A stretch of DNA of 64,000 bases from a virus (lineage: Duplodnaviria; Caudoviricetes). The notes under the pieces were generated by a model. That model was given only the letters and a program-made list of their open reading frames with translations. It did not search any database and had not been told where the DNA came from. Where the stretch lies: IMG/VR virus record IMGVR_UViG_3300031555_001696, one strand, 5' to 3'. This document shows positions 25,309 through 34,729 of the stretch, one piece after another; the stretch's first letter is position 1, and every line of letters starts with the position of its first letter. A program made the position numbers and the translations under genes.

Positions 25309-26420
25309 TGTACAAGCTTGAATTAAGAGACTTTATTCTGTCTCACGATAATTGGGAAGAACTTTTAACTGCAGAACCATATTATCTTAAGATTTCTCGT
25401 GATGACGGGTATATCATGTTTAAATATAATCAGGTGTTTTCTGATTTTAATATTCCTCTAGTTCGTGAATCACGAGGAATTATTTTCAGAGAAAGCGATT
25501 GGAAGTGTGTGTCTTATCCGTTTCGAAAATTCGGAAATTATGGTGAGTCTTATTGCCCCGAAATCAACTGGGAAACTGCATCTGTTCAAGAAAAAGTCGA
25601 TGGGTCATTAATTAAATTTTGGTATGATAACGGATGGCATATTTCCACTAACGGCACAATTGATGCGTTTAAGGCTAATCTAAACGATGTTAAGTATGAA
25701 AACTTTGGACAACTTGTTGCTACTGCAATTCATAAAGTATTTGAAGATGAGCACGATTTTTTCAACATGCTTGACCCAAAATGTACATATATGTTTGAAC
25801 TAGTTTCTCCATACAACCGCATAGTTATCCCGTATGAGGAAGTTAAGCTATATTTCTTAGGAATTAGAGATATGAACGATGGAGAGGAATGGAATCCAGA
25901 AGAGTCTGACCTGTCTATGTTTTTCTCTATCCCTAAGCGTTATCCTCTACATTCTCTGGAAGGTGTACAAAAAGCAGCAAATGCGCTTTCTTGGGACGAG
26001 GAGGGTTATGTAGTTTGCGATGCAGATTTTAATAGAGTTAAAATTAAAAGCCCATCTTACGTAATGGCTCATTACGTGCGTAATAACAACACTATTAATA
26101 CTGAGCGGTTAGTACATATTGTTCTTGATGGAGAGCAAGAAGAATTTCTAATTTATGCTTCTGACTATGCTGATGAGCTTCGTAACGTCGAGGATATTAT
26201 GCATAATATTGCAAGCAAGTCAGTTGAAAGTATGAAGATAATATTCGGCGCATCTTATGAATTTGCTAATCGTGGAGAATATGCACGAGAGGTAATGAAA
26301 TATCCTGCATATATGAAAGACTTCCTATTCCGTTGTTTTGATGATAAGATTTTCTGGGATTATGCAAAGAGTTGGAGTATAGATAGATGGGTTAAAGCTA
26401 TTAATGAATTTAAGGGATAA
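25308..26420 (+). CDS. RNA ligase 1 (T4 Rnl1-like)
   Basis: RESRGIIF, PFRKFGN, motif I EKVDGS, TYMFELVSPYNRIV, EEGYVV, RVKIKS. Confidence 0.9.
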   Translation: MYKLELRDFILSHDNWEELLTAEPYYLKISRDDGYIMFKYNQVFSDFNIPLVRESRGIIFRESDWKCVSYPFRKFGNYGESYCPEINWETASVQEKVDGSLIKFWYDNGWHISTNGTIDAFKANLNDVKYENFGQLVATAIHKVFEDEHDFFNMLDPKCTYMFELVSPYNRIVIPYEEVKLYFLGIRDMNDGEEWNPEESDLSMFFSIPKRYPLHSLEGVQKAANALSWDEEGYVVCDADFNRVKIKSPSYVMAHYVRNNNTINTERLVHIVLDGEQEEFLIYASDYADELRNVEDIMHNIASKSVESMKIIFGASYEFANRGEYAREVMKYPAYMKDFLFRCFDDKIFWDYAKSWSIDRWVKAINEFKG

Positions 26421-26427
26421 AAAGAAA

Positions 26428-26703
26428 ATGAAACATAATGTTGTTAAATCTATGATTGGAGGAATTATTACTATGATTATAGCAATTTTGATAATTATTT
26501 GCGCACCCGCTTTTTATTATTTTGGCGGCTGGATTACAGGCCATCTGCTTAGCTGGTTTATCGGTGACATTGTTGTAGATGGTATGAACTATCTGTTTAA
26601 TACTACAAGATTTACAGTTGATATGTTGCCTACTATTTGTGGTACTCTTGGTGTAATTGGGTCTTTCTTTAAGAGTACAACTACGACAAGTTCTAAGAAG
26701 TAA
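26428..26703 (+). CDS. Small membrane protein
   Basis: Hydrophobic helices. Confidence 0.65.
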   Translation: MKHNVVKSMIGGIITMIIAILIIICAPAFYYFGGWITGHLLSWFIGDIVVDGMNYLFNTTRFTVDMLPTICGTLGVIGSFFKSTTTTSSKK

Positions 26704-26712
26704 GGTGATAAG

Positions 26713-27615
26713 ATGTATATCCCGAAGTTTATAATGATGGTAGGTTTGGTTGCGAGCGGCAAGTCTCATATGGCTCAAAAACTCGCTATCGAACACAATG
26801 CTACAATTTTTAGTTCGGATGAACTTCGAGAAGAAATGTTCAATAATGTCAACAACCAAGATCATAACCAAGAACTATTTGTAGAACTTCATAGGCGCAT
26901 CAAGGACTGTCTTCGTAGTGGTAAAAGTGCCATTATGGATTCTACAAACATTAACTACAAGCGTCGTATGGCATTCCTAGCTGAGCTTAAGAGCATTCCT
27001 TGTGAAAAGATTTGTGTGTTAATGGGAACTCCATATGAAGAATGTTTGAAGCGTAATGCTGAGCGTGAACGCAAAGTTCCAGAACATGTAATTTTAAGAA
27101 TGTATAGCAATTTTAACATTCCTTATTGGTATGAAGGTTGGGACGACATTAAAGTTGAATATGGTGTGTTTAAAGGTTATTATGGCAAACTAGCAAGTTG
27201 GTATAACAATTATAAAGATTATAATCAATACAATTCTCACCATACATTAACACTTGGAGAACATTGTTATAGGGCTGCATTAGAGTTAATTGGTAGCAAT
27301 TCTGTCACGTTAGTACGTGCAGCATGGATGCATGATAATGCGAAGCCAGAAACGGCAACATTTATCAACTCCAGGGGTGAGGTAACTACCGAATGTCATT
27401 ATTACAACCACCAATATGTTTCTGGATACAAGGCACTCCTATTTGATTATAGCAATCTATTGGATGTTGCGATTATTGTAATGTGGCATATGCAACCTTA
27501 TTTCTGGGAGAAAGATAATAATGAAAAGTTGCATAGTAAGTATCGTAAGTTATGGGGAGATAATTTGTATCAAGATATTATGCAACTCCATGCGGCGGAT
27601 AAATTGTGGCATTGA
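26713..27615 (+). CDS. Polynucleotide kinase (AAA_33) fused to HD phosphoesterase (Pnkp-like)
   Basis: GLVASGKS P-loop, SSDELR, DSTN; C-terminal HH...EH...MHDNAKP...H...HM...D HD domain. Confidence 0.85.
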   Translation: MYIPKFIMMVGLVASGKSHMAQKLAIEHNATIFSSDELREEMFNNVNNQDHNQELFVELHRRIKDCLRSGKSAIMDSTNINYKRRMAFLAELKSIPCEKICVLMGTPYEECLKRNAERERKVPEHVILRMYSNFNIPYWYEGWDDIKVEYGVFKGYYGKLASWYNNYKDYNQYNSHHTLTLGEHCYRAALELIGSNSVTLVRAAWMHDNAKPETATFINSRGEVTTECHYYNHQYVSGYKALLFDYSNLLDVAIIVMWHMQPYFWEKDNNEKLHSKYRKLWGDNLYQDIMQLHAADKLWH

Positions 27616-27635
27616 AAAAAAAATTAAAATACCTC

Positions 27636-27697
27636 TTGACAAATTAAAAATTTGTGATATAATACACTCACAACAAGACAAACAATACAAAATTAAT
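27636..27697 (+). promoter_or_regulatory. Promoter of NAD operon plus ACAAAATTAAT motif
   Basis: TTGACA-16-TATAAT; motif 27687-27697. Confidence 0.8.
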
Positions 27698-27714
27698 TAA
27701 GGAGATGCAACAAA

Positions 27715-28227
27715 ATGAAAACGCTAATTGTAGTAGACATGCAAAATGATTTTATTGATGCCGCACTTGGCACACCTGAGGCGCAGGCAATAGTACCTAA
27801 CGTTAAAAAGAAGATTGCAGAATATGACGCTCGTGAAGACGCAATTGTTTTTACACGAGACACCCATTTTGAAGATTATCTTGAAACGAATGAAGGCAAG
27901 AACCTTCCTGTTAAGCATTGTATTATGGGAACTCATGGTTGGCAGATTGCAGATGACCTAGAAGTACCTTGTGCTAGATATCTAAATAAGCCTACTTTTG
28001 GTTGGCTTGGTTGGAAGTCATTTGATTTTGAAGACGATGATGAAATTGAACTAGTTGGTCTTTGTACTGATATCTGCGTGGTGTCTAATGCACTAATTCT
28101 AAAGGCAATGTTCCCTGAAGTTAAGATTACAGTGGACGCAAGTTGCTGTGCAGGCGTTACTCCTGAAAGTCATAAGGCGGCACTGCAGACTATGAAGATG
28201 TGCCAGATTAATGTTATTGGAGAGTAA
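27715..28227 (+). CDS. pncA: Nicotinamidase (isochorismatase family)
   Basis: VVDMQNDF, TRDTH, HC..GTHGW, KPTFG, GLCTDICV; NAD operon context. Confidence 0.9.
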   Translation: MKTLIVVDMQNDFIDAALGTPEAQAIVPNVKKKIAEYDAREDAIVFTRDTHFEDYLETNEGKNLPVKHCIMGTHGWQIADDLEVPCARYLNKPTFGWLGWKSFDFEDDDEIELVGLCTDICVVSNALILKAMFPEVKITVDASCCAGVTPESHKAALQTMKMCQINVIGE

Positions 28228-28230
28228 ATT

Positions 28231-29037
28231 ATGATTAAGTTAGATGGTAAAATAGTGCACCAAGAGCATTTTCCAGACAATTCGCTGAGAATTGAACCAA
28301 TCAATGACAATAGTTTCGATCTATCTTTTATGGGAATGACATCAATTCCTAAAAGAATTACTTGGCACTATGAAAGCGATGCTGAATTGTTCACTGTAAT
28401 TTGTCTAAGAAAGCATTTTGCAAATAAGGAAATGATTTTGGAAATGCCTTATTGTCCGCACGCTCGCATGGATCGAGTAAAGAACAACAATGAATTCTTT
28501 ACACTAAAGCATTTTGCAGACGTCATTAATAGTCTTGACTTCTCTGAGGTAAAAATTTATGATCCTCACAGCAATGTATGTACTGCGCTAATTAATAATG
28601 TAAAAGTAATACCTACATATAATGAGGTTCAAAAAGCTCTTAAGACAATTGGCTCAACCAATTTAGTTGCATTTTATCCTGATGAAGGGGCCATGAAGCG
28701 TGGCACTAGCTATTTGACTGGAGCATATGCGTTTGGTATTAAAAATCGTGATTGGCAGACCGGTAAGATTTTAGGACTAGAGCTAATAAATAAGGAAGTT
28801 GTAAATGCGAGAGATGTTTTGATTATTGATGATATCTGTTCTCGTGGAGGTACATTCCTACATTCTGCTAAGGCACTCAAAGAAGCCGGTGCCAGAAAAA
28901 TTTACCTGTACGTAACTCACTGCGAAAATACAATCCTGGATGGTGAGCTACTTACCAGCGGCCTAATTGAAAAGGTATACACAACAAATAGTATTTTTAC
29001 CAAAGGACATGAAATGATTGAGGTATTCGAACTATGA
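28231..29037 (+). CDS. PRPP-synthetase-like enzyme (Prs / ADPR-PP synthase Adps-like)
   Basis: FPDN, MPYCPHARMDR, DPHS, PDEGAMKR, IIDDICSRGGTF, YVTH. Confidence 0.85.
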   Translation: MIKLDGKIVHQEHFPDNSLRIEPINDNSFDLSFMGMTSIPKRITWHYESDAELFTVICLRKHFANKEMILEMPYCPHARMDRVKNNNEFFTLKHFADVINSLDFSEVKIYDPHSNVCTALINNVKVIPTYNEVQKALKTIGSTNLVAFYPDEGAMKRGTSYLTGAYAFGIKNRDWQTGKILGLELINKEVVNARDVLIIDDICSRGGTFLHSAKALKEAGARKIYLYVTHCENTILDGELLTSGLIEKVYTTNSIFTKGHEMIEVFEL

Positions 29038-30518
29038 CAATTAATATTATGATGATGCTTTTTTCGGATACATATAAGCACACTCATCCTCGTATGTATC
29101 CTCGTAAAGAACCATTTAAAATGAAGAAGCTAGTTTCTTATTTAACAGCACGTAAGAATATGTCCCCTGCATTTCCTACAATGGTATTTGTTGGTATGCA
29201 GCCATTTCTAATGAATTATCTTATTGATGGTTTCAACAATCAATTCTTTGATCGGCCTTTGTGTGATGTAGAAGCAGAATATAAGCATTACATGGACATC
29301 CAGGTTGGTGTTGCTAATGTTGAGTGGGATGAAATTGCAGCACTACACGAACTTGGCTATTTGCCTCTTGAGATTCGTGCTTTACCTGAGGGCTCTGTGG
29401 TAAACATGGGTATTCCTGTGGTTGAAATGACTAATACTCATCCCGATTTCGCATGGGTTGTTCAGTGGGTTGAATGTATTTTGCAGGCTGAACTGTGGGC
29501 TCCCTGTGCATACGCAACTATCGGCAAGGCGTATCATGAGCTAGCTGATAAGTACTATAAGGATACCACAGATGGCGCTGACCCCTTCATGGCCATGGCA
29601 GACTTCGGTATGCGTGGCATGTCTTGTATCGAGGATTCTATTCGAGCATCTGCATCGTGGCTGCTAAGTTTCAACAAAACTTCCACTATTCCCGCTCTGC
29701 CGTATATTGATAAATATTATCATGCTGATTGTGCAAAAAATGGTATTGGACGTGGCGCTGTCTCTACGGAACATTCTGTCATGGGTGCCAACTTCGCTAT
29801 CGATGGCGATGAGATCACTTTCGTCAAGAGACTACTAACCGAACTCTATCCTAATACATCTTTCTCTATGGTATCCGATACATACGACTACTGGAATATG
29901 GTCAACAATATTATTCCTGCTTGTAAGGATGAAATCATGGCACATAATGGTAAACTGTTAATTAGACCCGACTCTGGTGATATGCTCACTATTTCTATTC
30001 GTACCATTGAGAAGCTGTGGGAAGTATTTGGAGGCAGTATTAATGCTAAAGGCTATAAGGAACTTGATCCTCATATTGGCCTGATTTATGGTGACGGTTG
30101 TACATTGAACCGTGTAGCTGATATTTATCGAACTCTTAAGGAACGTGGCTTTGCAGCGAATAATGTCGTGTTTGGCGTTGGAGCCTTCTGTTTCCATGCC
30201 ATGTTTGATGTTGGCGGCAAAATGACCGTTATTACACGTGATACTTTTGGTATGGCGATGAAGGCTACATACGGTGAATTTGGTGACAAGAAGTTGTTTA
30301 TCTATAAGGATCCAAAGACCGACGAAGGTAATCTAAAGAAAAGTCATAAGGGATGTTGTATGGTTAGAATGGACAACAAAAACGGTAGATATTTGTGTAT
30401 GGACAAATTCGAAGGTTGGGTTCCTGATCATATGACAGCCCTGGAGACGGTCTTTAAGGATGGTAAGATGATTAAGAGCTATGACTTTATGGACATTCGG
30501 AGGAGAATGTATGGTTAA
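29034..30518 (+). CDS. NAMPT-fold phosphoribosyltransferase (Namat/NadV-like), probably nicotinate-specific
   Basis: DTYK, DFGMRG, STEHSVM, VSDTYD, IRPDSGD, IYGDG, KDPKTD...KKSHKG; KTST at the position of NAMPT GTDT. Confidence 0.85.
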   Translation: MTINIMMMLFSDTYKHTHPRMYPRKEPFKMKKLVSYLTARKNMSPAFPTMVFVGMQPFLMNYLIDGFNNQFFDRPLCDVEAEYKHYMDIQVGVANVEWDEIAALHELGYLPLEIRALPEGSVVNMGIPVVEMTNTHPDFAWVVQWVECILQAELWAPCAYATIGKAYHELADKYYKDTTDGADPFMAMADFGMRGMSCIEDSIRASASWLLSFNKTSTIPALPYIDKYYHADCAKNGIGRGAVSTEHSVMGANFAIDGDEITFVKRLLTELYPNTSFSMVSDTYDYWNMVNNIIPACKDEIMAHNGKLLIRPDSGDMLTISIRTIEKLWEVFGGSINAKGYKELDPHIGLIYGDGCTLNRVADIYRTLKERGFAANNVVFGVGAFCFHAMFDVGGKMTVITRDTFGMAMKATYGEFGDKKLFIYKDPKTDEGNLKKSHKGCCMVRMDNKNGRYLCMDKFEGWVPDHMTALETVFKDGKMIKSYDFMDIRRRMYG

Positions 30519-30972
30519 GATTATTGACGGCAATGTATTTGACTCGACAGCAAATATCATTTGCCACCAGTGCAATTGCCAAGGTGTTATGGGCTCTGGA
30601 GTTGCCGCAGAAGTTAAGAAGAGATACCCGCATGTCTTTCAGAAGTATAGACAAGATTATCTTGATGGCAAACTAGAACTTGGATATGTATGCTTCGCAA
30701 CAGCAAAACAAGATCAGGTAATTGCTAATATGTGCGGACAGGATCTGTTTGGCTACAACGGTTCTATGTATACAAATTATGACAAGCTCCAGGATTGTCT
30801 TAATAGGGTCAAGGAGTACGCAATGTTTGATTATGATGTAAAACCTGTTATTGCACTACCGTACATGATGTCGTGCTGCAGAGGCGGAGGCGACTGGAAT
30901 GTGGTATACAAGATGATCGAAGATACATTCGAGGATTTTGACGTTGAAATTTGGAGGTTTGACAATGGATAA
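30511..30972 (+). CDS. Macro domain protein (ADP-ribose / Appr-1''-p processing)
   Basis: IIDGNVFD...ICHQCNCQGVMGSGVA...ALPYMMSCCRGGGDW. Confidence 0.9.
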   Translation: MVKIIDGNVFDSTANIICHQCNCQGVMGSGVAAEVKKRYPHVFQKYRQDYLDGKLELGYVCFATAKQDQVIANMCGQDLFGYNGSMYTNYDKLQDCLNRVKEYAMFDYDVKPVIALPYMMSCCRGGGDWNVVYKMIEDTFEDFDVEIWRFDNG

Positions 30973-31714
30973 TTTTGATGCAATTAAAGTAAAAAACGAT
31001 ATTATTAAATGGATTTCAGATTGGTTCTCTATTAATGGTCCAGACTGTAATGTGGTATGTGGAATCAGTGGCGGAAAGGATAGTTCTGTTGTAGCGGCGT
31101 TATGTGTAGAGGCGCTTGGCAAAGATAGAGTAATCGGAGTTCTGATGCCGCAGAACACTCAGTCTGACATTGATGATAGCTATGCAGTAGTTAAACACTT
31201 AGGCATTAAGCATAAAGTAATTAATATTGGACCAGTTGTTGATATGATGCTACTTCAATTGTCTATGTTTGGCGAAATGGAAATCTCCGAACAGACAAAG
31301 ATTAACCTACCTCCTAGAATCCGTATGACAACACTCTATGCAGTGTCTCAGAGTGTGAACGGCAGAGTCGCCAATACTTGCAACCTGTCCGAAGATTATA
31401 TTGGTTACAGCACTCGTTGGGGAGATAGTGTTGGAGATTTCGCACCTTTGGCAAATCTAACAAGCGAAGAAGTTGTTGCAATTGGAGACGCTTGTGGATT
31501 ACCTTATGAACTCACTCACAAAACTCCTTCTGATGGTCTGTGCGGGAAAACCGATGAAGACAACTTCGGTTTTACATATGAAGCACTAAATAAGTATATT
31601 CGCACTGGGATTTGCGAAGATGAAGAGGTAAAGGCAAAGATTGATGCTATGCATGAAAAGAACATATTCAAGTTGATGCCAATTCCGACCTTTAGCTACG
31701 AGGTGCATAAATGA
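30965..31714 (+). CDS. nadE: NH3-dependent NAD+ synthetase
   Basis: GISGGKDSS, NLPPRIRM, NLSEDYIGYSTRWGD, TPSDGL..TDE. Confidence 0.95.
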   Translation: MDNFDAIKVKNDIIKWISDWFSINGPDCNVVCGISGGKDSSVVAALCVEALGKDRVIGVLMPQNTQSDIDDSYAVVKHLGIKHKVINIGPVVDMMLLQLSMFGEMEISEQTKINLPPRIRMTTLYAVSQSVNGRVANTCNLSEDYIGYSTRWGDSVGDFAPLANLTSEEVVAIGDACGLPYELTHKTPSDGLCGKTDEDNFGFTYEALNKYIRTGICEDEEVKAKIDAMHEKNIFKLMPIPTFSYEVHK

Positions 31715-31995
31715 CAACTAAAAGCTTTATCATTAAAACCGTAACGAAAATTATCATATACGCGATCATCTCAACAATTGCACTAAGTATTCTAGAAAGT
31801 CCCATTATCACCAATGAAATTGCTATGGGCCAGATGGAAAACAGCAATGAGCTATATATGTTAATGGAAGCTTATAACAGGCTTCGCCACTTTATTTCAA
31901 TCATTTATGGTTGTATCACCGCACTATTTGCAGGAACAATCATTGGTGATACATACAAATTTCTTAAAACAAAAATCAACAAAGGAGAAAATTAA
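31711..31995 (+). CDS. Small membrane protein
   Basis: Two hydrophobic segments; precedes SPFH gene. Confidence 0.7.
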   Translation: MTTKSFIIKTVTKIIIYAIISTIALSILESPIITNEIAMGQMENSNELYMLMEAYNRLRHFISIIYGCITALFAGTIIGDTYKFLKTKINKGEN

Positions 31996-31997
31996 TT

Positions 31998-32939
31998 ATG
32001 AAGAAGATTATCGCACTCGTACTAATGCTTGCTCTGACCTGCTGCCTGTTTACCGGCTGTCGCAGACCTTATGACAAGCCCGAATTCGTCACCATTGAAG
32101 CATCTCAGACCGCATTCCTAGTGCCTCTAGTTGGTGATAGCTCCAATCAGTCTGCATTTGAATCCGAAGAAATGCTATTAGAAGCAAAAGTCGCCACCAA
32201 GGAAATCCAGATCCCTCACCGCTGGGTACAGACTGGTCGTCGCCACTGGATGGGCCATTGGCGTGCAAGCGCAACTCTAATTGTTGTTGAGCGTAAGCCC
32301 GTATCTCGTTCCTGGGAATCCGGTAGTTCTTCCGCCGATTCCGCCAACCGCGCAATCTTTGGCGGCAGCTCTGACAATATTGGCATCTATGTTGGTATGA
32401 ACTGCACCGCTATGATCGAGGAAAAGGACGCCGCAAAGTTCCTATATCGTTATAACAACACTCCCCTGGAAACTATCATTGACACCGACATTAAGAAACT
32501 GGTTGAAGATCGCTTTAATGTAGAGACTGCTAAGTATACTTCTACTGAGCTGGGTGCTAAGAAGGGCGAGATTATGGAGGCCGTAAAGGCTTATGTGGTT
32601 CCTTACTTCAAGGAATATGGCATCACCATTACTGTTCTGGGTCTGAAGGAAGACATTTCTTATGAGAATCCTGAGATTCAAAAGGCCATTGATGCTAAGT
32701 TTGCATCTGAACAGGAACTAGTGATTCAGCAGAATAAGAACGAAGCAAGCATTGCTAAGGCAGAAGCTGAAGCAAAGTCTATGATTATGCTTGCTCAAGC
32801 GCAGGCTGAGGCGAACGAACTGCTAGCAAATTCTATCACCGATAAAATTCTTGCTAAGATGTATTACGAAAAGTGGAATGGCGTGCTGCCCCAGTTCTAT
32901 GGTGCAGAAGACGCTCTAATTGAGATTCCCGCAGCGTAA
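31998..32939 (+). CDS. SPFH/band 7 (prohibitin-like) lipoprotein
   Basis: Lipobox LFTGC; GITIT...IQKAIDAK...AQAQAEANELLANSIT...EKWNGVLP. Confidence 0.85.
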   Translation: MKKIIALVLMLALTCCLFTGCRRPYDKPEFVTIEASQTAFLVPLVGDSSNQSAFESEEMLLEAKVATKEIQIPHRWVQTGRRHWMGHWRASATLIVVERKPVSRSWESGSSSADSANRAIFGGSSDNIGIYVGMNCTAMIEEKDAAKFLYRYNNTPLETIIDTDIKKLVEDRFNVETAKYTSTELGAKKGEIMEAVKAYVVPYFKEYGITITVLGLKEDISYENPEIQKAIDAKFASEQELVIQQNKNEASIAKAEAEAKSMIMLAQAQAEANELLANSITDKILAKMYYEKWNGVLPQFYGAEDALIEIPAA

Positions 32940-32948
32940 AAAAATATA

Positions 32949-32979
32949 CGGGCCACGGCAAAACTGTGGCCCGCTTTTT
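32949..32979 (+). terminator. Intrinsic terminator
   Basis: CGGGCCACGG-CAAAA-CTGTGGCCCG then CTTTTT. Confidence 0.85.
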
Positions 32980-33058
32980 GTTAATATTGCACAATTGACA
33001 AATGAAGATTAGTATGATAATATAACGATACAAAATTAATAAAAGGAAGAAACAACAT

Positions 33059-33484
33059 ATGACTATTACTATTGAAAAGAAGGATCTATTTACTGTGCCA
33101 CAGGGCTACTATCTCGCCCATTGCGTATCGTCCGACTTTGCCCTTGGAGCTGGAATCGCAAAGGTTTTTGATGAGGTGTACAATATGCGGTCTAAGCTCT
33201 TTAAGAATTATCCAAACTATGTATACAGTGGCGGTGACGCTCTGCTGGTTGATAATGTTTTTAACCTTGTAACCAAACAGAAGTATTATCACAAACCCAC
33301 TTACGAATCTCTGAGAGAGGCTCTTGAGACGATGAGAGAGCATCTAGAGCTCCTTGATGTGACGAAACTGGCAATGCCGAAGATTGCATCGGGCCTTGAT
33401 CGTCTTAATTGGAATCTGGTATATGATATTATTTGCGAAACTTTTGAAGAAACCGACATTGATATTGTGATTTGCGAACTTTAA
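33059..33484 (+). CDS. Macro domain ADP-ribosylhydrolase (TARG1/DarG-like)
   Basis: DLF...LAHCVSSDFALGAGIAKVF...NLVTK...LAMPKIASGLDRLNW. Confidence 0.9.
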   Translation: MTITIEKKDLFTVPQGYYLAHCVSSDFALGAGIAKVFDEVYNMRSKLFKNYPNYVYSGGDALLVDNVFNLVTKQKYYHKPTYESLREALETMREHLELLDVTKLAMPKIASGLDRLNWNLVYDIICETFEETDIDIVICEL

Positions 33485-33499
33485 TTGGAGGCTATAACA

Positions 33500-34717
33500 A
33501 TGGAAGTACGGCCCACATATTTGATTATGACTACAGCAGCAAATAACAACAAATATTATAACATTTTTCCAGAGGGCGACAGACTTAGAGTGGAGTACGG
33601 AAGGATTGATGCAACCAAGACAACCACATATTATCCAATTTCTAAATTTGAAACACAGGTGAAATCAAAGATCAAGAAAGGCTACGTTGACGTAACCGAT
33701 TTGAAGAAAGACCTTGTGCAAGAAATCTCCACTGCAAACCCTGAAAGTCCTTACAAAGAAATTGAGAACGCAGCAATTAAAGCAATTGTTGACAAGCTGC
33801 ATGCTATGGCCCGTGAAACAATTCAGAAAAACTACACCGTTAAGGCTTCTGCGGTTACTCATGACATGGTTGATGCTGCACAGAAAATTATTGATGACCT
33901 AGCCAACAGCAGCTCAACCGTAGAAGAATTTAATGCGAATCTACTAAAGCTGTTCACTGTAATTCCTAGAAAAATGGGCAACGTAAGAGACTATCTTTCT
34001 AACAAGGCGGAAGACTTTGCTCGCATTATTTCTAAGGAGCAGGATCTACTGGACGTTATGCGTGGCCAGATTTATGTTAAGCCCGACAACGAACCCGTTG
34101 AGGCTGTGGAGAAGAAGCAGCAGACTATTCTTGAAGAACTTGGTCTTGTCATGGAAGAGACTACTGAAGATGATGTTGCTATGATTAAGAGTTTGATGAA
34201 CGAGTCTGCTGGAAAGTTTAGAAAGGCTTGGAGAGTTACTAATCTGAAGACCCAGGAGCGCTTTGATAAGTTTGTTCAGGAGAATGATATTAAGGACACG
34301 AGACTATTCTTCCATGGTAGTAGAAGTGAAAATTTCTGGTCAATTATCAAAATGGGTCTTGTATTAAGACCTACAAACGCCGTAATTACAGGAAAAATGT
34401 TTGGATTTGGTTCGTATTTTTCGAACAAGTGCGCAAAGAGTATTGGTTATACTTCACTGTCTGGTTCTTATTGGGCACATGGCGGAAACAACATCGCGTA
34501 TATGGCATTGTTTGATGTAGCCTATGGTACTCCTTATGATGTCTACAATTTTGACAGCAAGTATTACAACCTTGATTATAATAAGCTTCAGCAGTTTAAG
34601 CCTGGGGCTAACTGTCTGCACGCACATGCTGATAGAGGAATGTTGAGAAACGATGAGATTGTTGTTTACAAGGAAGAGCAGATGACTATTAAGTATCTAA
34701 TTGAGATTGGTAATTGA
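33500..34717 (+). CDS. Poly(ADP-ribose) polymerase (WGR + regulatory + catalytic domains)
   Basis: NNKYY...EYGR (WGR), LFTVIPR (regulatory), FHGSR / GKMFGFGSYF / KSIGY / NDEIVVY H-Y-E triad. Confidence 0.9.
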   Translation: MEVRPTYLIMTTAANNNKYYNIFPEGDRLRVEYGRIDATKTTTYYPISKFETQVKSKIKKGYVDVTDLKKDLVQEISTANPESPYKEIENAAIKAIVDKLHAMARETIQKNYTVKASAVTHDMVDAAQKIIDDLANSSSTVEEFNANLLKLFTVIPRKMGNVRDYLSNKAEDFARIISKEQDLLDVMRGQIYVKPDNEPVEAVEKKQQTILEELGLVMEETTEDDVAMIKSLMNESAGKFRKAWRVTNLKTQERFDKFVQENDIKDTRLFFHGSRSENFWSIIKMGLVLRPTNAVITGKMFGFGSYFSNKCAKSIGYTSLSGSYWAHGGNNIAYMALFDVAYGTPYDVYNFDSKYYNLDYNKLQQFKPGANCLHAHADRGMLRNDEIVVYKEEQMTIKYLIEIGN

Positions 34718-34729
34718 GGAGTGTTTTGA

